From NCBI GenBank assembly GCA_038851325.1, contig JAWCKZ010000006.1:1-50804 (forward strand): a stretch of 50,804 nt of DNA, given 5' to 3'. Shown here one piece after another: positions 9,005-18,940 of this stretch. The translations under genes were made by a program, and so were the position numbers. The stretch is from Candidatus Bilamarchaeaceae archaeon (lineage in GTDB: Archaea > Micrarchaeota > Micrarchaeia > Anstonellales > Bilamarchaeaceae). Positions within the stretch are counted from its first letter, which is position 1, and every line of letters begins with the position of its first letter. The notes below the pieces were generated by a model. It saw only the letters and a list, made by a program, of their open reading frames with translations, was not told the DNA's origin and made no database searches.

Positions 9005-10147
9005 CTATATAAGCTTAACAAGCCCACGGCCTATTTCTGGTATGTTGCCACCAAAAAGATTTGTGGTGTTCAGCACGAATGTCATTGTCACTATCATGGC
9101 GATAAGCGGGATAATACATACAGAATTCATAATCTGACGTATTATGCTAAGGATGTTTGTTATATTTGGTAAACTGGATTTTCCACTTAAAAAAGAACTT
9201 ATTTCGGCTTTGTGTGCGCGTACAACATTCATCATTTCATAAACCCATTCTAGATCGCCTGAGCTGCACCCAGCATCTCTCAGCTCAACTAACTCAGGTA
9301 GGCTGCATATCTCCTCAAAATGCGCAGTTATGGCACTCTCATCGCAGTAGGGCGTGCTGCCAGTTGCGGCACGCATATTGGCAGTCCACTCCACCAATGC
9401 TGTTTGCTCCCACGTTTGCGGAAGAGCTATGGTGGCATAGATGACATAGGAGATTGGGAAAACAAAATAGAAGCCGAGCGCAGCAGCCATAAAATAAGCT
9501 CCAGCTCCTCTGGTAGGTGCGAAGGCCCTGAGGGCTACTCCTATGGAAAAGAAAAGGCCAGCAAAATGCTTTATGAAGAGAAGGACATATGTAAAGATGT
9601 AATAAACGTATAAATAGAAGGTTAAAACCTGTGCGGTGTTTTTTATCCTCTCATTGATTGGCGAGAAACCAAAACCAGAGGCTACCTCAGACATAAACAC
9701 TTCAGTATACAAAGATGCTGCTGCGCCAACTGGTATTGACAAAAGATACAGGGTATCCATCGCCTTTATAGCGCAATCTCGCGGAGGGTTCATATAAAGG
9801 AATACATAATCTATCGCAGTCCATGGTCCGCCGCTTTCTTTTTCCAATCTAACTGGTGAATTGACATCGCAACCGAACGTAGAAAAATAGAGCGCCCTTC
9901 CAACCCCATTCGCCGGATCCGCAAAAACACTCTCTCCGAGCTCTATGACGGCCAATGAAACCAGGACAATTATGACTGTTGATATCGCGAAAACAAATTC
10001 TGTTTTTGCCGTTTGTTCGAACTGTTTTAAGGAAAACATTCTAGAGATCACTATAAGGATGGCTGATGCCAGTACAGATATCACGGCTATGGTTATCGAG
10101 AGCTGCTCCCATCCTGCATAGAACGAACCCCCAAACTCAGCCATCAT
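9005..10147 (-). CDS. Polytopic membrane protein, paralog 6 of 6 (CedA/VirB6-like)
   Basis: Multiple TM segments; AKTE; GVALRAFAPTRGAG; C-terminal GGNIPEIGRGLVKLI. Confidence 0.75.
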   Translation of the reverse strand: MMAEFGGSFYAGWEQLSITIAVISVLASAILIVISRMFSLKQFEQTAKTEFVFAISTVIIVLVSLAVIELGESVFADPANGVGRALYFSTFGCDVNSPVRLEKESGGPWTAIDYVFLYMNPPRDCAIKAMDTLYLLSIPVGAAASLYTEVFMSEVASGFGFSPINERIKNTAQVLTFYLYVYYIFTYVLLFIKHFAGLFFSIGVALRAFAPTRGAGAYFMAAALGFYFVFPISYVIYATIALPQTWEQTALVEWTANMRAATGSTPYCDESAITAHFEEICSLPELVELRDAGCSSGDLEWVYEMMNVVRAHKAEISSFLSGKSSLPNITNILSIIRQIMNSVCIIPLIAMIVTMTFVLNTTNLFGGNIPEIGRGLVKLI

Positions 10148-10154
10148 ATCGACC

Positions 10155-11237
10155 TCATATCAACCTTGTTAGAGCGCTTATATCTATTTCTTCTCCTAAA
10201 GATTTGCTCAGCGACTTTGCGGTCTGTATTAGCATAAACACATTAAATGTTGGCATTATATACCCTATGAGAAATGCACGAGCCATAATCCCAGCAGTGA
10301 GCCCAAGCACAACCATAAACACAGTTCCAAAAGCGACCTCGATGAAGCCTATGAGCACAGCAAATGGAAAGAACAGTATCTCCCATAAAGGGTTCTGCCC
10401 CCCAAACAACCACCTGTACATCTCTTGGTTCAGATTGTCTAGCTGCTGCGGGATACTCCCTATGAAATCCCAGAATGTTAGCATTGGGCTGCCTTCCGAG
10501 TAGAATATGACATATGTTGTGGTACAAAGGATGGGAAATATCACGAGGAAAGATGCTGCGATAGCAATTATTCCACCGCCAACTCGCCTTGTTGGTGTAA
10601 AGCATCTTAGAAAAACACCAATTGGAAGGTAGTATCTTAGAAAACCGTCAAGCACGAAAAGGAAGGTGAAATATTGGGCGTAGTTTATCAAGTATGCTAT
10701 AACAACGCCGATGGTTGCATGGCCTAGAAGTTGCTTTAGGGGCATGCCAATGCCAGCGAACGGTTTTGACACAAAACCAATACTAAGCGGCCGCGTATAA
10801 GGTGTTAGGGAAGCTATCAAATCGATTTCGATGCCTGCTGCATAGGCCGCATCTATCCAACCAAGCATGTCATCCCTCACTCTGAGAAAGTATATTTCAG
10901 TTGCTTCATAAAATGTTGCATCTGGAGAAACGCGATGCACAGCAGGCAGACCACCTGATTGGAAGAGGGATGGTGGATAAATGGCTGAAACCTCAAGTGT
11001 TTGCATCCACGCTACGATGCCGAAGATGAAGACAACAATAACAACAGAGACAACAACTTCCCACAGTTCCATCTTTACCATAGCTGTCATCTGTGGATTC
11101 CTGAAAAGAACGGACCAAAGGTAAGCAAATGCAAGAATAAATGTTGAGGTCATAAGGGCTAGGCCAAGCAGACTTACCCAACCAGGCATCCATGCAACCG
11201 GACTGTTTACAATGCTTAGGACCTCTGTTACACCCAT
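10155..11237 (-). CDS. Polytopic membrane protein, paralog 5 of 6 (CedA/VirB6-like)
   Basis: VKME; GVFLRCFTPTRRVGG; C-terminal GEEIDISALTRLI. Confidence 0.75.
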   Translation of the reverse strand: MGVTEVLSIVNSPVAWMPGWVSLLGLALMTSTFILAFAYLWSVLFRNPQMTAMVKMELWEVVVSVVIVVFIFGIVAWMQTLEVSAIYPPSLFQSGGLPAVHRVSPDATFYEATEIYFLRVRDDMLGWIDAAYAAGIEIDLIASLTPYTRPLSIGFVSKPFAGIGMPLKQLLGHATIGVVIAYLINYAQYFTFLFVLDGFLRYYLPIGVFLRCFTPTRRVGGGIIAIAASFLVIFPILCTTTYVIFYSEGSPMLTFWDFIGSIPQQLDNLNQEMYRWLFGGQNPLWEILFFPFAVLIGFIEVAFGTVFMVVLGLTAGIMARAFLIGYIMPTFNVFMLIQTAKSLSKSLGEEIDISALTRLI

Positions 11238-11245
11238 CTCTTCAC

Positions 11246-12487
11246 CTATATGATTTTCATGAATGAAAGATAATTAACATTTACATTGAACACCTTTGCC
11301 CATTCACGTGCTAACGTTAGGGTTATAAAGATGTTTATGAATGGGAGCAGGAGACCCATTATGACAACATAGTAGACAACAGACTCCATTAGAGTAATTG
11401 TACCAACCGCAACCACACCCCCAACTATTGGGACTATTGCTCCCCCTCCGACAAGCATCATCGCAAGCGCAGTTCCTCCTATCGTAAGCAGCCCTGTTCT
11501 TGATGCGTATTCATTGATAAGTAATACGGGATTTACAAGATTTGGAGAAAGAAGTTTATGCACCTCATAATCTACTACGAACATGAATGGGTATATTGTG
11601 CCAAGCGCCATCACAAGCATGAATATCGCCTCTCCTGCATCTCGTGTTTGTGGGAATGCTCTAAGTAGAACACCTGCAGGTATGAAGATGGACCACGACC
11701 ATTTTTTTATGAAACACAGTAGCATGGCATGTGCCATCCATTCTCCAAGTGCAAGAGAAAGCATCTGGGTTCCAATTCCAAGGAGATCAATGAACGGCTT
11801 CAGGACCGGCCCAAGATTAAAGTTGTACATACTTCTGAAATTCGTACCGACCCACAGGGTCGCACCGTAAATGATATGGACAATCATATTAAAGAGGGTA
11901 ATGGTGGAGTAATTCTTTGCTATGTCTGCTATCATAAGTCTAGAAAATGCCATGGCCGCATCCAACGTATCCACAGCATTCGCATAAACTATATCTGTAG
12001 GAATAGGATGCGTAAGTGATGGCGCATGCGCAAGTGTGTACCAAGCGTTACCTGCATACATCGCAGTTGCAATGAACAGGATTCGTAGAACGGTTATGAT
12101 GGTTTGAAACCCTTCTTCCTTTGCCACCGCTATCAGTTGTGGAGAATTCAGAAGTTCCCCGACCATAAACACGATTGCAATGCAGAACGAAACAGCTATT
12201 ACTACAACAACTGCTGGAGAAAGCCAAGTGGCTATCACACCTGCTGGGTCTGTTGCTGCCCACGACGTCCCGCAATCACCTATCTCAAATGCAGAAAACA
12301 GTGAACCTACTCCTCCAAACCCACCTACGGCGGCTGCCCTCCCAGTAGCCACAAATGAATCGCCAGCATCGCTTATCGCATTCGTTATGTCGTGAATATA
12401 CTCAACCATTTCATTGTCGCTTTGTTGGTTTTGGGAGAACACAGTAGAAAAGAAAAGCAAAATAATAAAGAGCGCTTTTAATTTCAT
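11246..12487 (-). CDS. Polytopic membrane protein with signal peptide, paralog 4 of 6
   Basis: MKLKALFIILLFFSTVFS signal; AKEE; GVLLRAFPQTRDAG; C-terminal YLSFMKII. Confidence 0.75.
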   Translation of the reverse strand: MKLKALFIILLFFSTVFSQNQQSDNEMVEYIHDITNAISDAGDSFVATGRAAAVGGFGGVGSLFSAFEIGDCGTSWAATDPAGVIATWLSPAVVVVIAVSFCIAIVFMVGELLNSPQLIAVAKEEGFQTIITVLRILFIATAMYAGNAWYTLAHAPSLTHPIPTDIVYANAVDTLDAAMAFSRLMIADIAKNYSTITLFNMIVHIIYGATLWVGTNFRSMYNFNLGPVLKPFIDLLGIGTQMLSLALGEWMAHAMLLCFIKKWSWSIFIPAGVLLRAFPQTRDAGEAIFMLVMALGTIYPFMFVVDYEVHKLLSPNLVNPVLLINEYASRTGLLTIGGTALAMMLVGGGAIVPIVGGVVAVGTITLMESVVYYVVIMGLLLPFINIFITLTLAREWAKVFNVNVNYLSFMKII

Positions 12488-13807
12488 TTATATCAACCTC
12501 GTAAGCCCTGCAAGTTCTATATCCCCGCCAAATGTTGCTGAGAGAGATCTTGTTGCAGCTATAGTTCCCAGTACCCCAAAAAAAGCAAAGAATACAGAGT
12601 AGAACGTCAATCTAGAAACAACATCTATGTAGCCATTAGGCCTCCATTCGCTCATATCGCTGATAAAATTACGAGTGGTGAGATCCTTTAAAAACTCCCA
12701 CGCACGATCCGCCGTTCTTCTTAGAATACCCTCCCTTTCTCTCTCAGTCGTTCTTCCCAAATCAATCTGTTCACCATCTTTACTTGGCAACCCAAAGTTT
12801 GAGACCTCAAGTCGCTCTTCCTCGCTCATAGACTCTATCTCCCGTAAGGTCGCCTTCTGTGTTTCCCTCCTTTCTAATATTGTTATCCCGCCTATCCGTT
12901 TGTCATCGCTCATATTAAGATAAATGGTGTTTATTATGGGTGGGTCTTTTGAGCCATCTGGGTTTGCTTCTCTGTTCAGCAGCCATTCTGCCCGTGCCCT
13001 TTCCTTTAGGTCTATCGTAATGAGACCACCTAGTGCATAAAAGGAAGGATAAACGTAGTAAAGCGCTAGCGCGAGTCCAATTAACAAACCTCCAAGTTTT
13101 CTTGTAAATGTGAATGTTCTTAGGACTACTCCGGAAACAAATATTATTGGAAATCCGCTGATTGCTATAAACCTCAAGAGAATTTCTTGCATCTTAGCAA
13201 GAAACACAACAGTAAGATTCCAAGTGGCAGTATTCTCCAATATTATGTTTCTTATAATGAAAAAGCCCTTCCATGGGCTCCACATAACAAATCCAGATTT
13301 TTCAAACATGGTTTGTACTGTTAGTGCAGTCTCACCAGCCACGCTTGTCCACGCATAATTAATGAGTATGGTGAGGGTGAGATCTGCGCCCTCGCGGAAT
13401 ACTGTGTTCAGGTAGTAAATACCAAGTCGCATATGGCAAGCCGTTACGTTTTCGTATTCTTCTCCTATAAACTCATTTGGGTCGCATATGTTAACAAGTC
13501 GTTCTTCATATATCGGGGTTTTAACTGCCATGTATGTTGTCGTACTTGTAGGGTCTGTCACATCAAGTGCTATGATTACAATATTATCAATGACCTGAAT
13601 AAGTGTGAAAGCCATGGCCACTATCAACGCTGAGTAGAAGACTTCAACAAGCTCCATCTTTGCCCAGCCCTTCATCTTGTCGTTAAGAAGGGCCGCTCCA
13701 AGCATGTATACTATCGCAGCAAGCGCAGTTGCTATTGAGAGGCCTATCGTTGCAATTCCATACCACTGTAAAAGAAGAGCGCGAATTACTTCGGTTGGGC
13801 CAGGCAT
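12488..13807 (-). CDS. Polytopic membrane protein, paralog 3 of 6
   Basis: YMLG...WAKME; GVVLRTFTFTRKLGG; charged loop; C-terminal GGDIELAGLTRLI. Confidence 0.75.
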   Translation of the reverse strand: MPGPTEVIRALLLQWYGIATIGLSIATALAAIVYMLGAALLNDKMKGWAKMELVEVFYSALIVAMAFTLIQVIDNIVIIALDVTDPTSTTTYMAVKTPIYEERLVNICDPNEFIGEEYENVTACHMRLGIYYLNTVFREGADLTLTILINYAWTSVAGETALTVQTMFEKSGFVMWSPWKGFFIIRNIILENTATWNLTVVFLAKMQEILLRFIAISGFPIIFVSGVVLRTFTFTRKLGGLLIGLALALYYVYPSFYALGGLITIDLKERARAEWLLNREANPDGSKDPPIINTIYLNMSDDKRIGGITILERRETQKATLREIESMSEEERLEVSNFGLPSKDGEQIDLGRTTEREREGILRRTADRAWEFLKDLTTRNFISDMSEWRPNGYIDVVSRLTFYSVFFAFFGVLGTIAATRSLSATFGGDIELAGLTRLI

Positions 13808-13808
13808 C

Positions 13809-15374
13809 CTATCCCCTCATTACTATAAATCGTGTTAGTGCGTTTATAAACGCAACAGTAATCACCATGGAAATTGCAGGAGCGAAAAACCCAATCAATG
13901 ATATTACCGCTATAGAGTCCAAGATAACCATAAACTCGCTTACCTTAAAGATCAAGAGACCACCCTGGGAAAACAGCAATGAGAGCGTGTTATGGAAAAG
14001 GCCAGCCAGGGTAGAACTGAATACCCCTACTATTTGTGGGATAGCGAGCAGAGGGATGGTACTGGCAAAAAGGTCGAAACCGCACAGAGTAGCCCGCAGT
14101 GCTGTTTTTCGGTTGTAATCAAGCTTTAGCTCATCGTGGATTATTTTTTCGTTAATAACATATGTGAGTGGAAGGATAACATAAAATCCTATCGCAAGTG
14201 AAAGTAGAAATGCTCCTGCATCACGCGTTGGTGGGAAGAATCTGAGCAGTATCCCTGCAGGCAATAGAATAAGCGGTGCGGCTATCTCCACGCCCTGAAG
14301 AATAAGGAGCTGCACTTTCAGGGTTGCCTCAAGCATCACAAGGGCTGTGGCGATGGTGCTTATTGCTGAGACGAAGAAATCAATTCCGGGAAATATCTTA
14401 TAAGTCATGTTTAGAGCAGATTCTCCAGTTCTCTTATGAAAGGTTGATAGTATTGAAGTGCACGACTGGATTATGTAAGCATCCGTTCGTGCATCCTCCA
14501 CAGCTCTTATTATCTTAGAAACAACCATTATTGCTGCGTGCGGAGGCGTTTTAGCATTCGCATACCCCGCCTCTTTCCCAATAGCTCTTGCAACCTCTGT
14601 GCCAACAGAGAACATCCCAACAACAAGCATGATAATCAAAAGCGATGTTAATAGGTCCGTGAATTCTATTGTGAGGTATGCTTCCCACTCAGGGACCTTG
14701 AACACTTTCGAAGCAAGATAGGTTATGAGTACTACGATTCCTACAAGGGTAATGATATAACTTATCATTATACTGTACTCGCGCGAGATCGGCATGGCTG
14801 CGATTATCGCTCTTGCTGTTTCAGGTAGAAGGCTGGTAATGAGAGCGTATAATGCTGCAGCAAGTATTGCAGATGATATCAGAAGTTGCGCCCATGTTGA
14901 TGCTCTTGCGCGTGTTTCTGCACCAAACATCTGACCAAGTAGATACACTGCTGCTGCTATGACAACAAGAAGTATCATCAAGATTGCTAATGCCTGAATG
15001 CTTAGGTTGAGCAAGGTCCTGAGCACACCTTCTATTATTGCGTTCAATGTTGCGGCCTGTGCCGCCCCTCCACCAACTCCAACACCAGCCCTAAACTGCG
15101 GAACCAGAATGTTGACAAGAATAAGAATGATAAGCGAGATACCACCTGCTGCTAAGAGGCCGTGCGCCCATCCTTGGATAGAAGCGCGCATCTCAGCGCC
15201 GAACATTCCAGACATGACATACGCAACTGCCGCAATCATTACCGATGCCATTACAACGCTTCCGAGGAGTACTTGAAATGTTAACTGCCATGCCTCGGCC
15301 TCTTCCAGGAGGCCTTGCGAAAACGCAAGGGAAAAAAGGAGAGCGAATGCAAGCACTTTTTTCATGAAAGCCAC
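13809..15374 (-). CDS. Polytopic membrane protein with signal peptide and repeated pilin-like hairpins, paralog 2 of 6
   Basis: Internal repeats AAVAYVMSGMFGAEMRA..GWA and AAAVYLLGQMFGAETRA..TWA; GILLRFFPPTRDAG; ALTRFI. Confidence 0.75.
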   Translation of the reverse strand: MAFMKKVLAFALLFSLAFSQGLLEEAEAWQLTFQVLLGSVVMASVMIAAVAYVMSGMFGAEMRASIQGWAHGLLAAGGISLIILILVNILVPQFRAGVGVGGGAAQAATLNAIIEGVLRTLLNLSIQALAILMILLVVIAAAVYLLGQMFGAETRARASTWAQLLISSAILAAALYALITSLLPETARAIIAAMPISREYSIMISYIITLVGIVVLITYLASKVFKVPEWEAYLTIEFTDLLTSLLIIMLVVGMFSVGTEVARAIGKEAGYANAKTPPHAAIMVVSKIIRAVEDARTDAYIIQSCTSILSTFHKRTGESALNMTYKIFPGIDFFVSAISTIATALVMLEATLKVQLLILQGVEIAAPLILLPAGILLRFFPPTRDAGAFLLSLAIGFYVILPLTYVINEKIIHDELKLDYNRKTALRATLCGFDLFASTIPLLAIPQIVGVFSSTLAGLFHNTLSLLFSQGGLLIFKVSEFMVILDSIAVISLIGFFAPAISMVITVAFINALTRFIVMRG

Positions 15375-16658
15375 CTAAATAATTTTTGTTATTCCTGCGA
15401 TTTCAGGTTCTCCTCCTATCAGTAAAGATATATTTCTGTACATTGTTACAGTTATCATTATCTCTAAAATAGTTGCTAATAGACTGATAACGAATATCTC
15501 TGCAGTTTTTGAAACGACCCTAATAAGCGTAAGGTATAACCCAGATAACATACCACTCGGTAGTAATATACTTCCTTCGCTAAATAGCATGTCAAATATC
15601 CCGCCCGAATATCTTAGCATTTCCCTAAAGGTTTCCCATATAGTACCTATCACTGGAACGCCTGCTTCGTTTACCTTGTTAACAATCTTATCAACGCCGC
15701 ACAGTAATTTCCTGATTACCTTTTTTATTAAACCGCAATTGGCACCAGGTCCGCAGCATGCCTCTTCTGCTGCTTTCGATGAGGTTTCGCTCATACTTTC
15801 TTCGTGTTGTGCTCTTATTGTAGCATCCCCCTGCTTCATGTCACTGACCATCTGGTTTATATCGTCGTTGCTAATTTCAGTCCTAAACGGGGTTGTGAAC
15901 TTTGCATAATCGTAATCCATTTTCAATACATAGATGTCGAATATCATGTAGTAGGAAAAAAGGACAGTTAAGGGGAATACAAAATAAAGCGCGAAAGATA
16001 GCGCAATTATGCTTGAGCCTGTTGAGCGAGAGAACGGTATTGCTCTGCATATTATTCCAAGCGGAAGAAAAATAAGTGGAATCGCTACCTTTGAAAAAAG
16101 GAGTATCATTTTTTTGGCCCACATCGTCATGGCCAAGAGACCGATACCATCCAAGACTCGTGCAAGAGCATCGCTTACTAGTGCTAGTGGTACGTACGGC
16201 GCAATGTGGAGAGAGAATATCCCGACTCCACCTGGAAGTGTCCCAAGATTAAAGCTAAGAGTTGACATGAACCCAACCAGGACATCTATTGTAACAAGCC
16301 GAATATACATGGAAAGGAGTTGAGTTCTGAATGCTTCAGTCTTCATTATAGCCATATCGAGATGAGCGGTTGTCAGCCCTTGAAGTTCCGCATTTCCTGT
16401 AGGTCCGGTGTACATAGATGTGATCGCTATTGCAAGAAAATTTAACGACGCCTCAGCAGTGACCCAAAACCATATTATTATCATAGTAAAAAAAAGCGCA
16501 GCGATTTCCTCATTTGCTATCGCTTTCATCTGTGGGCTCTGAAAAAGTGCTGCTATAAGTTGAAAGAGTACAGCAACAGCAATGGCTATGCCCAAGCCGA
16601 TACCTATCATCTGCCACGCGCCGGTCGGAAGCATCAAAGCCAAGAGGATGGGTGTCAT
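15375..16658 (-). CDS. Polytopic membrane protein, paralog 1 of 6
   Basis: ANEE; GIICRAIPFSRSTG; C-terminal GGEPEIAGITKII. Confidence 0.75.
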   Translation of the reverse strand: MTPILLALMLPTGAWQMIGIGLGIAIAVAVLFQLIAALFQSPQMKAIANEEIAALFFTMIIIWFWVTAEASLNFLAIAITSMYTGPTGNAELQGLTTAHLDMAIMKTEAFRTQLLSMYIRLVTIDVLVGFMSTLSFNLGTLPGGVGIFSLHIAPYVPLALVSDALARVLDGIGLLAMTMWAKKMILLFSKVAIPLIFLPLGIICRAIPFSRSTGSSIIALSFALYFVFPLTVLFSYYMIFDIYVLKMDYDYAKFTTPFRTEISNDDINQMVSDMKQGDATIRAQHEESMSETSSKAAEEACCGPGANCGLIKKVIRKLLCGVDKIVNKVNEAGVPVIGTIWETFREMLRYSGGIFDMLFSEGSILLPSGMLSGLYLTLIRVVSKTAEIFVISLLATILEIMITVTMYRNISLLIGGEPEIAGITKII

Positions 16659-16778
16659 TGCAACTCAGCTCTTTAAATTCCTGCTGCACATGTTCAATCT
16701 TTCTTGTGTTAACAATAAAAACGTATGTCTTACATATTCATATGTTCTTACATATCCATAATGTTCGGGCGGTATCTT

Positions 16779-18074
16779 ATGTTTAGGACGCATTACATAG
16801 CAGATGCAAAAAAGGAAGGAGGAAGCACAGTTCGTATTGCAGGATGGGTTCACGACATTCGCGATCTCGGTAGTCTTAAATTCATTCATGTGCGAGACAA
16901 GACAGGAATCATACAGGTTACAATAAAGAAAGGATCATGCCCTGAGAAACTTCTTTCAATTTCAGTTGGAAAGGAGGACGTGGTCGCGTTTCAAGGAAGG
17001 ATAAAGGAGAATAAGATAGCACCAGATGGTGTCGAGCTTCTTCCGGATGATTTCATCCTCCTTAACACCGTAGAGCGTAAGCTTCCTGTTGATCCGACAG
17101 GAAGGGTTCCTTCAGAGATCGATACTCGCCTTGATTACAGATACATCGATATGCGAAGGCAGGACATCTCTTTGATTTTCAGAACAAAGTCGATGGTTGC
17201 AAATGCATTTAGAAATCGTCTTGTGAATCACCATGGCTTTGTTGAGATCCATCCTTCTGCAATAACTGGTGCTGCTACTGAGGGCGGCGCAGACGTTTTC
17301 CCGATACAGTATTTTGAGAACAGAGCATATCTTGTGCAATCCCCCCAGCTTTATAAACAGCTTGCTGTGATTGGTGGATTTGACCGCGTTATGATAACCA
17401 TGCCGGTTTTTCGTGCTGAGAAACACAACACATCAACGCATCTGAACGAGATAGTCCAGATGGACATAGAGATGGGTTTTGCTGACCATAACGATGTAAT
17501 GGACATACTGGAAGATACTGTTTTGTATATACTTAAAGAGGTTAGAAGCGCGTATGGTGATGAGATAAAAAAGACATTTGGAGCGGAGATTTCTATACCG
17601 ACAAAAGTGCCACGCTATCCTTACTCCGAGCTTGTTGAGAGGCTCAATTCTGAAGGCTTTGAAATGGTATTTGGGGAGGATTTCTCAAAAGAGGCTGAAA
17701 AGAAGCTTTTTGAGATACTGGGCGATGAGCTTTATTTTATATACGATTGGCCGACAGCAATTCGCGCGTTTTACTCTATGCCTTCAGAGAAGAATGAGGA
17801 GCTTTGTCACGCCTTTGACCTTATGTACCGCGGGCTTGAGATAGCGAGCGGAGCGCAGCGTATTCATCTGCCGCATCTCATAGAAAAACAACTTAAAAAA
17901 CGCGGGCTGAACGTTGCGGATTTTGAGTTTTACATAAACGCATTTCGGATGGGAGCGCCTCCCCATGCGGGCTGGTCTATCGGGTTAGAGCGATTTGTTA
18001 TGAAGATATGCAATCAGCAGAACATTCGGGAGTGCATGCTATTTCCAAGGGATCGTTCTCGACTGTATCCGTGA
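16779..18074 (+). CDS. aspS: Aspartate--tRNA ligase, archaeal type, non-discriminating signature
   Basis: MFRTHY start, GWVHDIRDLG, TRLDYRYIDMR, ATEGGADVF, YLVQSPQLYKQ, FRAEKHNTSTHLNE, GAPPHAGWSIGLER. Confidence 0.92.
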   Translation: MFRTHYIADAKKEGGSTVRIAGWVHDIRDLGSLKFIHVRDKTGIIQVTIKKGSCPEKLLSISVGKEDVVAFQGRIKENKIAPDGVELLPDDFILLNTVERKLPVDPTGRVPSEIDTRLDYRYIDMRRQDISLIFRTKSMVANAFRNRLVNHHGFVEIHPSAITGAATEGGADVFPIQYFENRAYLVQSPQLYKQLAVIGGFDRVMITMPVFRAEKHNTSTHLNEIVQMDIEMGFADHNDVMDILEDTVLYILKEVRSAYGDEIKKTFGAEISIPTKVPRYPYSELVERLNSEGFEMVFGEDFSKEAEKKLFEILGDELYFIYDWPTAIRAFYSMPSEKNEELCHAFDLMYRGLEIASGAQRIHLPHLIEKQLKKRGLNVADFEFYINAFRMGAPPHAGWSIGLERFVMKICNQQNIRECMLFPRDRSRLYP

Positions 18075-18080
18075 GGGAGT

Positions 18081-18824
18081 GTGAATATTGTGACCATTGC
18101 AATAACAAACGATGACGGCTACACAGAAGGAGCGCTTATTCTTCTCAGGGTTGCGAGGAGATACGACACAGCCTATGCCTTGCTACCAGAGAGGCAAAGA
18201 AGCGCGGTATCTGCTGCGCTTACTCTTCACAAACCGCTTCGACTCACAGAACGTGAGAAGGGCGTATATACCCTAAGCGGCAATCCAGCTGATTGTGCTA
18301 TCTTTGCCATTCACTCAGGAAAATTCCCAAAACCAGATGTGCTGCTTTCAGGGATTAATTGGGGAGATAATGCCGGTGTTTCTCCGCTTATAAGTTCAGG
18401 CACAATCGGAGCGTGCTGGAAGGCGGCGCTCTACGGCGTGCCATCGATAGCCTTTTCGATTTATCGACCAAGGACCGAGAGATTGGGATGGTTGAAAAGA
18501 GAGAGTTGGCATTCTGAGCTTCTTGAGAAAAAAATCGATGAGATATACGAAATGCTTAAGGAGAAGTTGTCTGGAAGCCGCTTTTTTGTGGTTAACCTTC
18601 CTTCGTTTGAACATCTAGAAACAGCAAAGGTAATATCGCCAAAGAAATTGCAGAATGTTAGGTTCAAGGTTAATGTGGAAGAGCGTCATGATCCTTATGG
18701 CCATCCATATTATTGGGTTGGCGGTGAAGAAAGAACGCCAGAAGCGAATAGTGATTTATATGAAGTGGCTATTAATGGAAATATAACAATAAAAGAGATT
18801 AAGATAGCAAACCTAGTTCTGTAA
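18081..18824 (+). CDS. surE: 5'/3'-nucleotidase SurE
   Basis: ITNDDG, SGNPADC, SGINWGDN, SGTIGA, DPYGHPYYW. Confidence 0.9.
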   Translation: MNIVTIAITNDDGYTEGALILLRVARRYDTAYALLPERQRSAVSAALTLHKPLRLTEREKGVYTLSGNPADCAIFAIHSGKFPKPDVLLSGINWGDNAGVSPLISSGTIGACWKAALYGVPSIAFSIYRPRTERLGWLKRESWHSELLEKKIDEIYEMLKEKLSGSRFFVVNLPSFEHLETAKVISPKKLQNVRFKVNVEERHDPYGHPYYWVGGEERTPEANSDLYEVAINGNITIKEIKIANLVL

Positions 18825-18829
18825 TCTAT

Positions 18830-18940
18830 GGGGTGCGCAATTTGCCCCTGAAACTGAATGATAAAATATCTCAGAGAAGTCTATTCAGAAAAAATTACGA
18901 AATTCGTGGAGTAGTTTTCAAGGCAATTTGCAACAGACCC
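18830..18940. repeat. Imperfect inverted-repeat element (MITE-like remnant)
   Basis: Left GCAATTTGCCCCTGAAACT versus reverse complement of the right end GCAAATTGCCTTGAAAACT. The right end AATTTGCAACA matches the TIR of the 45003 element. Confidence 0.5.
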
